Below, piece after piece: positions 10,499-21,985 of a stretch of 64,000 bases of DNA. The position numbers and the translations under genes were made by a program. Each line of letters opens with the position of its first letter. The first letter of the stretch is position 1. Under the pieces are notes generated by a model. It was given only the letters and a program-made list of their open reading frames with translations, had not been told where the DNA came from and searched no databases. This stretch comes from Setoptus koraiensis (taxonomy: Eukaryota; Animalia; Arthropoda): NCBI GenBank assembly GCA_048013815.1, contig CM106586.1:21080001-21144000 (forward strand), read 5' to 3'.

Positions 10499-12433
10499 CA
10501 CATTATCATGTTTTGTTTGGCCATGTAACAAAGCAAGCTACTTGTTAGCTCTGGTTAGCTTTAGTTAGCATGTGGAGCGTTCCTCTGGATCGGGCTCATT
10601 TAGGCCGGCTTGCCTATTTTATCACGCCAGCAGGTATTGCGGAGAGACGATTGTCTCGCTGCACTTGTGCGTAGTAGGACGAAAAGATGAAGCCTACGCT
10701 GGAATGGATCAGATAGAGATCAAGAATTCAATTGGGCCGACTTTGCCAGCAACAGTGTCCATCTATCATTATTCAAGTATCTATCCGACATTCTTCGTTC
10801 TTTGATACTTGACTCGACGGAATATCCGATAGCCAAGTAGAAAGTGTATGTCTACTGTCGTTTTTCGCCACTTTTGAAGTACACTTACACACACACACAC
10901 AGGCTGGCAAATTGTTGATAATATAATTATCCGTGAATAAAATTTCTAATCTGTATCGCTGTTGCTGGTTGCGCGGCCATGGTTGTTGTTTCTGTTCCCC
11001 TGTCGTTTGATTGAGTAAATGGCTCAGGTCAAGCCTAGCCGCCACTCAGATCAATTTTGGTCAGTTGATCTCGTCGGCCAGTTGGTCTTGCCGGCCGGCC
11101 GGCCGGCCAGTCAACCAGTCAACCAGCCAGCCAGTTGGCTGGTCTTGGTTGTTGTTGTTGTTGCTGTTATTGTTGTTGTCGCAACCACTACTAATCCTTA
11201 CAAGATCGTACCAGGAAATAAGCTTGCCAAATTGCTTGTCTCGCCATCGAAGGCTCGAGCCTTTCTCTTGGGCTCGAGCAAGCGAACGAGCATACGCATT
11301 ATACTACACACATTGCGTAACTTCTTTTTGCCAACCACCGCTTGCTGTGCGCTTCTTTCGTTGCCTGCCGATCTGAATTCTTTGGCCAGCCTGTGAAGAT
11401 GGCGAGATAGACGAACTGCGGCCAGCCTTCGCACTGCAACTTGCAGGCCAGCCAACACTTGGTGAGCTCGCTCGCTGTCTCGGACATTCTAATGAACGCA
11501 CTGCGACTGCTGGCCACTTTGCTGGCCACTTTGCTGGCCGGCCAAACGGTCGGCCGGACGTCCAGACGGCCGACCAGACACTGTTAGGACACTGTTAGGA
11601 CACTGTTAGGACACTGCTAGGACAACCTTCCTTCCGATAGAATGAGAGCGAGCAGCCAGTTAGCGTGATGTGTCATTTGGTATCGGATAGATAGTCAAAT
11701 AAACAATTAACAGTTATCTCATGATAATTTATCGCCACCGTCGGTCGCTGGCAGCGCTGTTGAGTGTGTGTTTGTGTTGGTAGGAAACTTTTTTAGCAAC
11801 AACGACAACAACATATGCAATATATTGCGAACGCAAACAAACAAACTCAACGAGAATAATACAGATCGCATGCGCCCTCCTTGATAAACATTAAAAAAAA
11901 CTTTCATTTTCTATTAACTTGAACTCGAACTCGGACTATTTATTCAACTGACAGCAAATATGTAATTTAAATTTAACATACACACACACCACGCCGAAAA
12001 CAACTCCCTCTCTCTCTCTGTCTCGCTCCTCTGAAATGACAGCGAGGGAGCTCAACTTTCGATTGTAACAACAACAGCCACAACAACAAAGCCGACCAAA
12101 AGTGACATTGCTATTTATTAGCATATTAAAGACACATGTGAGTGTACGGGCGCCGTTTGTTTTGTTGCGTGCCCCAATTCGGCACACTTGAATTACACAA
12201 TATACTCATCAATAGGATCGTCACACATTTGTTTGGAGTTGCCAAAACCGTTGCTGATATTCGGTGACAACCGAAAACGGCGACTTGTTTCCATTGTGTC
12301 CGACCGATCATATCGACGTGTAAGGCACCGCTGAACAACAAATAAAAAACGCACCGCAAAACAATACGCAACACGACTTACGAACAAAATCAAAAAATCC
12401 CAAACACCAAATAGGAGATATTGCCATCGCCAG

Positions 12434-12581
12434 GTAAGTTGCACCTGCCGGCAGAGGGTTCGTCGGCACTAGCTTGCCAAGAGCGGACGAGCGGACAGTT
12501 GGAATTAGTCGACGAACATCAGCATAATGTGACAGCAAGTGTTTTAATTTTTATTGTGTGTGTGTGTGTTGCCAATACTAG
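12434..12581 (+). other. Possible 5'UTR intron of the SLCO gene
   Basis: Strong donor cag|GTAAGT at 12434 and a T-rich tract ending caatactAG| at 12581. Confidence 0.35.
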
Positions 12582-12742
12582 GCAGTTTATCTCGTCGTCG
12601 ATTATAACAGTTAATAATAGTGTGATCGTCGCTGGATAGACTAGATAATGAGGGAGAAGAGAAAGAGGAAAAGAAGAAAAAAGAAGAGCAACAACAATCA
12701 ACAACAACAACGACAACAACAACAGCAGGCGAGCAAGATAAG

Positions 12743-15700
12743 ATGGCCACCGGCATCATTGTATCACCAGCGATACGACCTGACACCAGTAGCAACAAAC
12801 GCAAATGTGATTCCACAAGCAATAGCGATAAATTAATTACTGTACAGCCACTGCGACCGCACACAGGCCCGACGGGGCCCCAAGTCGATCAAGATCTCAG
12901 CTTTGTTTCCGCGGCAACCACCGGCCGCCAGCACACACAGCACCAGCCGCACAGCGTGCAAAGCTTGCGCACTGACTGGTCGTCGTCCGACAATTTCGGG
13001 CCTCAGGCCGACAATTTCGGGCCTCAAACCGACAATTTCGGGCCTCGAACCGCCAATTTCGGGCCCCGAAATTGGCCCCCGAAGGGAGCTCCCGACGAGG
13101 GCCATTGGCGCGACGATGGCCATTGGTGCGACGACCAGCATCGGTGCGGCGACCAGCATCAGCGCGACGACGCGTCCAGCCTGCGGGACGATGGGGCCAG
13201 CAACGAGACGTGCACCATCGTCAGCAATTGGGACGACGACGACCAGTCCGTGGACGAGCTCGACGTGGACGGCGGCCCGCACGACGAGCCCGGCGCGGCA
13301 AGTTGCGGCTGGCTGTCCTTCAGGCCGGCATTTCTGGTTAGATTTGCCACCATTCAGGTGTTTGTGTTCTTCTCTTGCGTTCTGGTCACCCTGCAGCAGG
13401 CGCTGTCGTCGGGCTATTTCAATTCCGTCATGACAACCATCGAGAAGCGTTTCGACATACCCAGCCGGGTGTCGGGCGCCATTATAAGCACCTTTGAAAT
13501 GGGCAATCTTGTGACAATATTGTTCGTGTCATACTTTGGCACCCATCGGCACATACCCGTGTGGATGGGCAAGGGTATTGTTGTGACGGGCATAGGGTCG
13601 CTGTTGTTTGCGTTGCCGCATTTCATCAACACCAACAGCAACACCAACACCAACAACAATCAGCAGCAGCGACTAGATGGCGAGTACATTTCCACAATTT
13701 CCACAAACAACAACAACAACCACGCCAATGTGTGCAAGATTCAAGTTTTAAAATCAGAAAGTTGGATTGAAAAAATTCAAAATGGCGCCGACACTGGGTG
13801 AGTTTCAATAATAAAACAGACGCAACATAATCTCTGTGTGAGACTTGCAACGAATTTGCATATTAATAAGTGTGCTGCGACGACGAAAAGATTGACCATT
13901 GTCACGCGATTCGTTTGGCGAGACAGCGTAAGCACAGTGCAATTGTAATAACCTAACCATTATTATTCAACCGATCTCAATCATCACAACAAAACCCCGG
14001 CAGGCGCCTCGTCGACACAAATGCGAGCCACTCACAGTTGAGTGGCCTAACACGGCCAATTGGGGCCACCAGCGACAAATACCCACTGGCCCAGCAACAT
14101 CCCGTGAAAACACCGGCCTCGGCGTGCAACATCAACAATAATGTTTTTGTCGAGACTCACATTCTCATATTTATGATTGCCATGATACTAATTGGATGCG
14201 GTGGCACGCCCGTCTTCACGTTGGGCACAACATTTATCGACGATCACGTGCCCAAAGAGAGCTCGTCCATGTACATTGGGTTCATGTATTCAATGGTGGC
14301 CTTCGGGCTGGTCATTGGCTTCTTGTTGGGCGGCTACCTGATAGGAACAGTGAACGAGAACATATACGGCGACAGTTTGTCGTACTTGACCAGTGTGGAT
14401 GCCCAATACCAACAGCAACAAATACATCCGGGTCATCCGCGCTGGATTGGGGCCTGGTGGCTGGGATTTATCATACTGGGTGTGCTGTTGATACTTGTGT
14501 CGTTGCCATTTTTTGCCTTTCCAAAATCGCTGAAAGTGAGACAAAAACGGAAAGGCAACGCAACTACGGCCAAGAGAAGGCTCAAGTTGTACGCGAACCA
14601 TAACAAGAGCAGCATGATTGTGATTAATTGTGATAAAGGCAGCGGACAGCAAACACGAGAAAACATTAGGACAATGTCGCTGGGCAATCAATCGTTCAAC
14701 GAGCTCATCATAAAACGCAACCATTCCATGGGCGCCATTTCGAGCCCCCAAACAAACAATAGGAATAATAGGCATAATAGGAATAATAGGGATATTAGGA
14801 ATAATAGCGATGATAGGAATGCCGCGATTCGATTCGACTCGGGTGATAGTAACAACAAGTTGTTGTTGTGTTATTGTGATAGGAAACAAGCGGCGGCAAT
14901 TGACCAAGGGCCAACCGATAAGCAGAAAATTGCATCTGACAAGCAGCAGAAAATTATTGTATTTCATGACAAGCACACTGTGATAGAAAACACGGCAGCC
15001 ATGCCATGTGATGATGACGTAATAATTGAGGTGAGGAAAAATAACAGACAGCAGCAGCAGCAGCAGATTGACAATGGATGCAATTATAAAATTGGGCCAG
15101 ATCAATTATTGTTTGACTTGGACGACATCAACAACAACACGGCCCGCTGCCCGCTGACCGAATGCCGTCAATCGTGTCGCGCCAACAACCACGACGACGA
15201 CACCCAAACTGACCAGTCGGTCACCTACTCGCAGCCGAGGCCCAATTGGGTGTCGCTGGTGAACTTGTTCAGCGGCGCCAACGGTCAGTCGAGGTCGCCA
15301 GTGAGCCACATGGCAAACAAGGGCCACATCAGGCAGCGGAGTCACGATTACAAGTTGTTGTTGAACGACGATTGCGGCCACGGTCAGTTGCTGAACGACC
15401 ATTGCGGCCACGGTCAGTTGCGGGCCGCAGACGAGCGGTTGTCGTCGAAATTAATCTATTTGTGTCAGCGCGACAAACACGACGCCGCCACAACGACACT
15501 GTCCGACGACAACAACAACCAACTGAGTCATTGTTGTCGGCATCATCACTGTTGCTGCTGCAAATTGCACAACAACAAACAACGAGACGAAACAACGACC
15601 ACCTTCATTCAGCCGCTTGAGGCCCCGGGCGAGCTCGATGGAAGCGCCGATGCGGCGCACGACAGAAACGGCTCGCTCACGGCTCAATCGGCGCATCACT

Positions 15701-17523
15701 CAACCAACTACGGCAAGGACCTCAAGGATATTCCCCGTTGCATGTGGAATTTGCTAATTAATCCCATTTACATAGTCACCTGTCTGGGCAGCAGCCTGGA
15801 GTTGGCCATTGTCAGCGGCTTTCTCATATTTTTGCCAAAATATTTAGAGACCCAATTCGGCCTGAGCAAGTCCCAATCGAGTCTGTACAGTGGCGGCATT
15901 GCCGTTCCTGGGGCCTGTTTCGGAATACTGTTCGGCGGTTACATATTGAAACAATATCAAATGAAACCAAAGAGTGCCATACAATTTGTGCTATTTATCA
16001 ATTTATTATGCATAGGCTTTTACACAATATTTTACTTTTTGGGCTGCCCAAATCCGCTCATGGCGGGCGCCACCATCAACTATCCCGACTCGGCGGCCCG
16101 CAGTTACAGTTTGTTGTCGCGACCGGGCGAATTAGAGAAATCTTACGTCAATCTTACGTCACAATGCAACGCACCCTGTCAATGTTCGCCCAACGACATT
16201 GAGCCCGTTTGCGGCCAGGACGGGCTAACCTATTTTTCGCCCTGTCACGCGGGTTGTTTTGCGATGCAATCCCATTCGCGCCAGTCATATGTAAGTGTTA
16301 GGGTTTTTTGGGTGTTTTTTGGGTGTTTTCGGGTTTCCGCTATGTTGGTGACCCAAATAGCCCAAGTAGCCTGGCAAAATTGTTGAAAAATTCTCAAACT
16401 AACAAACGCTCACCCTTGTCGCCCTCACCTGTCGCGTGCACGCATTATGCACGCACACACCAACCAACCATTACCGTGGCGAACCAGACCAACAATTACA
16501 GCCAGTGCGCTTGCGTATCCGCAACTGTCCCCAAAATGGGGCCCCATGCCGCCAACCAATCGGGGCCGGCCGCTCGCAGGGCCCGCAGCGGGCCCTGCCC
16601 GAATCAATGTCAGGCGATCATACCCTTCATGATATTGTTGTTTTTCATGACCTTGGTGGTGTCTATAACGCAAATGCCGCTCCTCATGATCACGCTCAGG
16701 TAAGCTCCGAATTGGGCCTGAATTGGGCCGCCAGTCTGCCGATTTGTGGGCCCAATTCACACTTTTGGCCCGTTTGTCGCCCGATTATCCGTCTATTAAT
16801 ATTAAATATCCGTTTGCATGTCGTATTATGTGTATTTCGCAATGGCGCAGGTCGGTGCGCGACGAGGAGAGGTCCTTCGCGCTAGGCATGCAGTTCGTGA
16901 TATTCCGCCTTCTGGCCTATATACCGGCCCCCATATTGTTTGGCAACGTCATAGACGGCACCTGTTTGCTGTGGCGCGCCAACTGCGGCCCTCAGAGCGG
17001 ATTTTGTCTCATTTACGACATTGAACACTTCAGACTCAGGTGAGTATCGACGATACAAATAACAGTTGACCAATTTATCCATTGTATTTATTTGTTGTGT
17101 TGATTGTATTTATTTACTATTTGCTATATTTATTTACTATTTGCTATATTTATTTACTATTTGCAACTGCGCCCAAAATCGACAATACTGACATCGATAT
17201 TGTCGTCTAGGTACGTGGGACTGTTCAGCGCGCTCAAGGTGGCCGCCGGACTGTTGTTCTTTCTCGACTGGTATTTGATTTGTTGGAAAAGCGACACAAA
17301 CCAATTGTCGGCCGACCAGCGATCGGCCGACTCAACGGGCAACCGGATGTTGCCCATGGGCACAATAGCCTCGTCGTTGGTGTCGCTGGACAGAATGTCG
17401 GCCTTTGCACTTAGCGCAACCATGAGAGACGAGCATCAGCAAATAGCGATACTGGACAAACAACAATCGCACCCAGCAAACTTTTTGCACAGGCAGCCAG
17501 CAATGCGAAAAAGGCCCCACTAA
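12743..17523 (+). CDS. Organic anion transporting polypeptide (OATP/SLCO, Oatp30B/SLCO5-like), 1351 aa; join(12743..13797,14004..16290,16488..16699,16851..17039,17211..17523)
   Basis: QALSSGYFNSVMTTIEKRFDIPS..., RHIPVWMG, GCGGTPVFTLGTTFIDDHV, PRWIGAWWLGF, FLPKYLETQFGLS, Kazal-type loop CNAPCQC...PVCGQDGLTYFSPCHAGC, EERSFALGMQFVIFRLLAYIPAPILFGNVIDGTCLLW. All four GT-AG introns are phase-consistent (2, 0, 2, 2) and the total of 4056 nt equals 1352 codons. Confidence 0.93.
12987..13070 (+). repeat. Coding minisatellite, 4 x 21 bp (CCGACAATTTCGGGCCTCRRR), encoding (D/A)NFGP(Q/R)x repeats in the OATP N-tail
   Basis: Read directly from the sequence. Confidence 0.9.
17104..17165 (+). repeat. About 3 x 21-bp tandem repeat (TATTTATTTACTATTTGCTA-like) in the last SLCO intron
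   Basis: Read directly. Confidence 0.8.
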
Positions 17524-18438
17524 TAAACTGCAAACTGTTGTTGTTTGCATTGTTCAGCAAGCTAATTAATAAAAAATTGATACAACAATACAACTGTAAA
17601 CAGCGACAACTCGTTACTGCCCGCAACCTGCCAGTTCCGATGTCGACGCCGACACGCAAACTCGCGCCTCTGTGACACGGGCATCTCGACTGTGACACTG
17701 GCGCCTCAAAAGAGACACTGGCATCTAGAAATCTCGACACACGTTTCGTCGAGGCTCTCGAGCTTCAGATTGTTGTCCGAAATTTTTTTTTCTTTCCGAA
17801 ATTGGCCCCAAAACGGCGACTTCCGGCGAAACAAGAGTTTCAAGTTGGCGATGATTGAGATGTTGCCGTGCCGTGCAACGTCTCCACGGTGTCGACTTGT
17901 CGTTTTTGCGCGCTTTACATCAGTCGAGATTCCCGAGTTGAGATTTCCGAGTCGCGGTTCTCGACTCGAGAGGGAATTTCGTCGGGAAAAAATTAAAATT
18001 GCGGGATTACGTTTCTTGTTCGTCTGCGGGCTGCGTCTTTTTGGCTCACTGTACGACATCTGTCGGCCGTTTATGTCAACGTTCACGCAATGCTTGACTC
18101 AAGCCAACTTGGCGAGCCATTTCGGCCAGACAATTTATTTAATTTTGTTGCCGTGTCGCCCTTGCGACATTAGGCGTGTTTTTTAAGGAGATAAATTAAT
18201 AATAACAACAACGAGGGGGCCCGGCGATTAGTTAATAGATGCAAACGGGGCCGGCGCTGACAAATGTCACGCCACATACTAATGATTTGTTCGCGTTCGA
18301 GGGCCTCGCCCATCTGGCCGCTCGCTTATTGGCTGGCGTCGCCGAGGGCAAATGCAAATAATGTTGTGGCGCTAATGCGATTCTCTCTTCTCTCGGCAGC
18401 GGCCGTCTGGCTGGCTGACTGGCTGGCTGGCTGGGGCC

Positions 18439-18568
18439 GAGGGAGAGGGAGCGAGGAGGGGAGCGGGGGAGCGAGCGCAGAGCAAGAGAGGGAGCGAGCG
18501 CAGAGCAAGAGAGGGAGCGAGCACAGAGCGAGAGCAAGAGAGGGAGCGAGCGAGAGAAAGCGGAGCGG
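18439..18568 (+). repeat. GA-rich tract with a ~23-bp unit GAGAGGGAGCGAGCGCAGAGCAA, 3-4 copies
   Basis: Read directly; the tract is nearly free of T on the + strand. Confidence 0.8.
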
Positions 18569-21128
18569 ATCTCGCCGCCTTCCGGGCGCCGTCCGACTTG
18601 GGGCCAGCTCAAGATCAAGATTAATTATTATGACTAAGTGAAATTAACGAGCGCCGCCCAGCCAGCGGCCAGAGGGGGCTCGTTATTGCATTCGCGGCGC
18701 TTGTGTGGCGCGCGCGTCGGTCACTGGGAGCGTGCCCCGTGGGAGCCCGTTGGCCCCATTCGGCTTGTTGGCTGGCGCGGTTTTCGGGCCGTGTCGCGCT
18801 GACTGGGAGGGGCCCCGACGCGCCGCGATGCAGATAATCGTGGCGCCGACAAAGTGAGACAGCGGCCCATTTGTTTGTCCCGGCGCAGCGCGTTCTATTG
18901 CGTCTATTTGCGTCGTTGGTGTCTTGGCTCGCTGGTGGGCGCTGTCTGCGTTCGCTAGTGGTCGCCGGGCCCGTGATGCTCGTGTTGTCGTGGTCGCAAT
19001 TTCGTCGTGGGGCCCCCGTTCGAACACCAGCACAACAACACGCACATTAGTGTTTGTTCTGGCGCTGTTTGCCGAACCAGCGGCCGTTTCTGTAAATGTG
19101 CCCCCCTATTCCATTATCGACTGTTGTGGTGCGGCGCGTGGTGATGTTGTTTTCGGGGCGACAGTGGCCCAATTGCGCTGGCCCCGAACAACTGTCTCGG
19201 GCGCCGGCTCATTGATTACGCAATAGTTGTTGGCTGCTGCTGCTGCTGCTGTTGTGGCAGTTGGTCGCCGAGAAATAAAGTAATAAAACCAGCGTTTGTT
19301 GTTCTTTTGCAAGCTGTCAGCGGGTCGTGATTTAGCACGAGCTAACACGAACAGCGGTGCGGCGCCACGCGTATACAGCGCCATCGCATCGTCGCTATGT
19401 GCTGTCGAGCTCGTCACCGTCGGCGCCCCGACGCAACCAATAATGGCAACACGGTTGCGTCAGTGACACTCGTTATTATACTGTGCGCATCTTGTGCGCA
19501 GTCTATATATAGCGGCCCGGCCGGGCACCGCATGTATCCCGCATTTATATGCCGTCTTGAGCGTCGCGTCGGCCCGTGCACCGCGTTGGCCCGACCAACG
19601 GCGCCCGAGCAACGGCGCCCGAGCAACGGCGCCCGAGCAACGGCGCCCCGAGAAAACATTATGACGTCAGCGGTGACATTAATCATTGTTGATTGCTGGC
19701 GCCCATTGTTTCACGCACACAAACAAACTTAATAATAATGACCAGCCGAGTATCTATCTATTCAATTGCGACTCGAGTGCTCGCGTGCTGCCACGTACTG
19801 CAATATGTACGCGCTATATTGCCACATATTGCAATACACTGCGCCACCTACAGCCGGGCGCGGCCGCGCGCTGCCACGTGCTGCCACGAGCTGCCCACGT
19901 AACGTAACGTAACTTACCGATCCGAGATCCGGTGAGCGAGCGCGTGCGGTCGACACACCGGCCGCTGGCTTGCTCGCCAGCGTATGAGCCAATATACGCC
20001 AATATACGCCAATGTACGCCAATGTATGGCTGGCTTCGTGGGGCCCCAATATATAAACGCCAGGTGAATGTGACAATGCGCCGGCATTAGTGGCCATCGT
20101 CTAATGGCGCCACTCGGCCGGCAGGGGCCCCAAATAATAGCTCTCAACAAACGGAGCAAACAATCGGCAGAGAATTGGCCAAAACAAACCCGCTCGCTTC
20201 GGCCACTTGCGCCCTTATCGGGCGACAATCATTACAGCAAACACACTGGCCATACATTATTATTATTGGGCTACTGATCCCGATGATTGATGATGGGCTC
20301 CATCTACATAACACCTTGCTAAGCTCATTTATCGCCCATTTATAAGCGCTCGCTCTCTTGTTTGTCTAGCCGGCGCGCGCGCTTAATGAGACTCGGGCGC
20401 CCCAAACCGATTCGCGGGCCGCTCGCTCGAGTGTCACAATTGTTGATTTTGTTGCCATTTATTACTTGGGCCGCTCACATTGACCGCCGCAACTTGCACG
20501 GGAGGCGCGCATTGACCGCCGCAACTTGCAAGGATACCCGCACATCTATGCGCGTATCCGCTCGCACGGGCGGCCCGCAAGTGGCCAGTGCGCGCTGTCA
20601 TCATGACAGTGTCACGGTGCGGGCATTTGGGCACTTGGGCGGCGCGCCGCCATCAACAAAATTTTGGCGCACTGAGGGTATTTCAGCTCGAAATACCCTC
20701 GCTGCTGTCGGCCGTGTCGCTGGTCGCTCGCGCATCGTCGCGAGCGGGAGCGATGCGCTTTTGGGGCCCTCGCGGGCCCCATAGCAAACGGGCGGCCCCA
20801 GAAGCGAACGGGCGGCCCCAGAAGCGAGCGAGCGGCCCAAAAACGGCACAGAAACAGAGATATCGAATGATTTATTGGAGGCAAATCTTTCACGTCGGCT
20901 CCTCGGGCGCCGTCGACGGCGCCCTGTGTGACGAGCGGGCGCCGCAACAGAGGTCGCGACAGGCAGCCGCACTGCCCCAGAGTGTCGAGTCGACGGGCGG
21001 CCAGACAAACGAGGCCAGTTAGCGGGCGACGTCAGCATCACGGATGAGCGGCGTTCCGGGCTGCGCGATCCATTTTGGCCGGGGCTCGAGCTGCCCGAGA
21101 CGCCCGAGACGCCCCAGATAAATGCCCC

Positions 21129-21170
21129 GTTACCTGTACGCAGTTACCTGTACGCAGTTACCTGTACGTA
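21129..21170 (+). repeat. 3 x 14-bp GTTACCTGTACGCA
   Basis: Read directly. Confidence 0.9.
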
Positions 21171-21940
21171 GCGGGGCATTTGTCTGGCAGCGTTCACTGG
21201 GGCCCACGTAGAGCCCAGTTCGGCCTATCGATGTTATTGATTGAGCCGGGCGGCGCGGGCCGGCGTGTGACATATGGCAACAGCACTGCAAATACCCGTT
21301 GTGACACATTGTGCGCGCGCGTTGTATGAAGTCAGCGGATGCTGCCAACGGACAAATTGCCCGCCAGCCAGCCAGCGACCAAACCAATTGGGGCCGACAA
21401 TCTGTGTGTTGTTAGCTTGCGTTGTTGTTATTATCATTTCGCCGGAGCAAGCGAGCGAGCCCATGATTTGACTAATGCGGCCCGGCGGCTACACGAGAAA
21501 CAAATGGTGCGCGTCGAAATGTCGCCCGCCGCACACTGGGGCCCCCGACGGCCACCGGATAATAGAGTTGACTCGCCTTGGGCCTGTCAGACGGGTCGTC
21601 AGACCGATCGTCGGACCGCGCTCGTCGGACCGCGCTCGTCGGACCGCGCTCGTCAGACTGCGCTCGTCAGACTGCGCTCGCCAGAGTGCGGGGCCCCTCG
21701 CAGTGTCGCAGTCGAGAAGTGGGCCATCACAGTTGGAGCCCGGCTGGCACAGTAGGCACGTCACGATCAGTCTATCGAGTCACGATCGGTGTATCGAGCA
21801 GCTTGGCAAAACGGCGACGCAATCAAGCGACTTGTGTCGACTTGTGCCGAGATTCGGGCCCCTCCAAGTGGCGCTCTGCAGAGTGCCTCCCTGTATGGAG
21901 CGACGCTGTCGGCGGAGCGGTGCTTGAATGGCCGGGTCCA

Positions 21941-21985
21941 ACCGACCGGCCGACCGACCGACCGACCGACCGACCGACCGACCGA
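21941..21985 (+). repeat. (CCGA)n tetranucleotide microsatellite
   Basis: Read directly. Confidence 0.9.

Noticed and set aside
11578-11624. TTAGG inside an 11-bp repeat (ACACTGTTAGG x4), suggestive of arthropod telomeric repeat
   Set aside because: Not a (TTAGG)n array; the pentamer is only part of a longer local unit.
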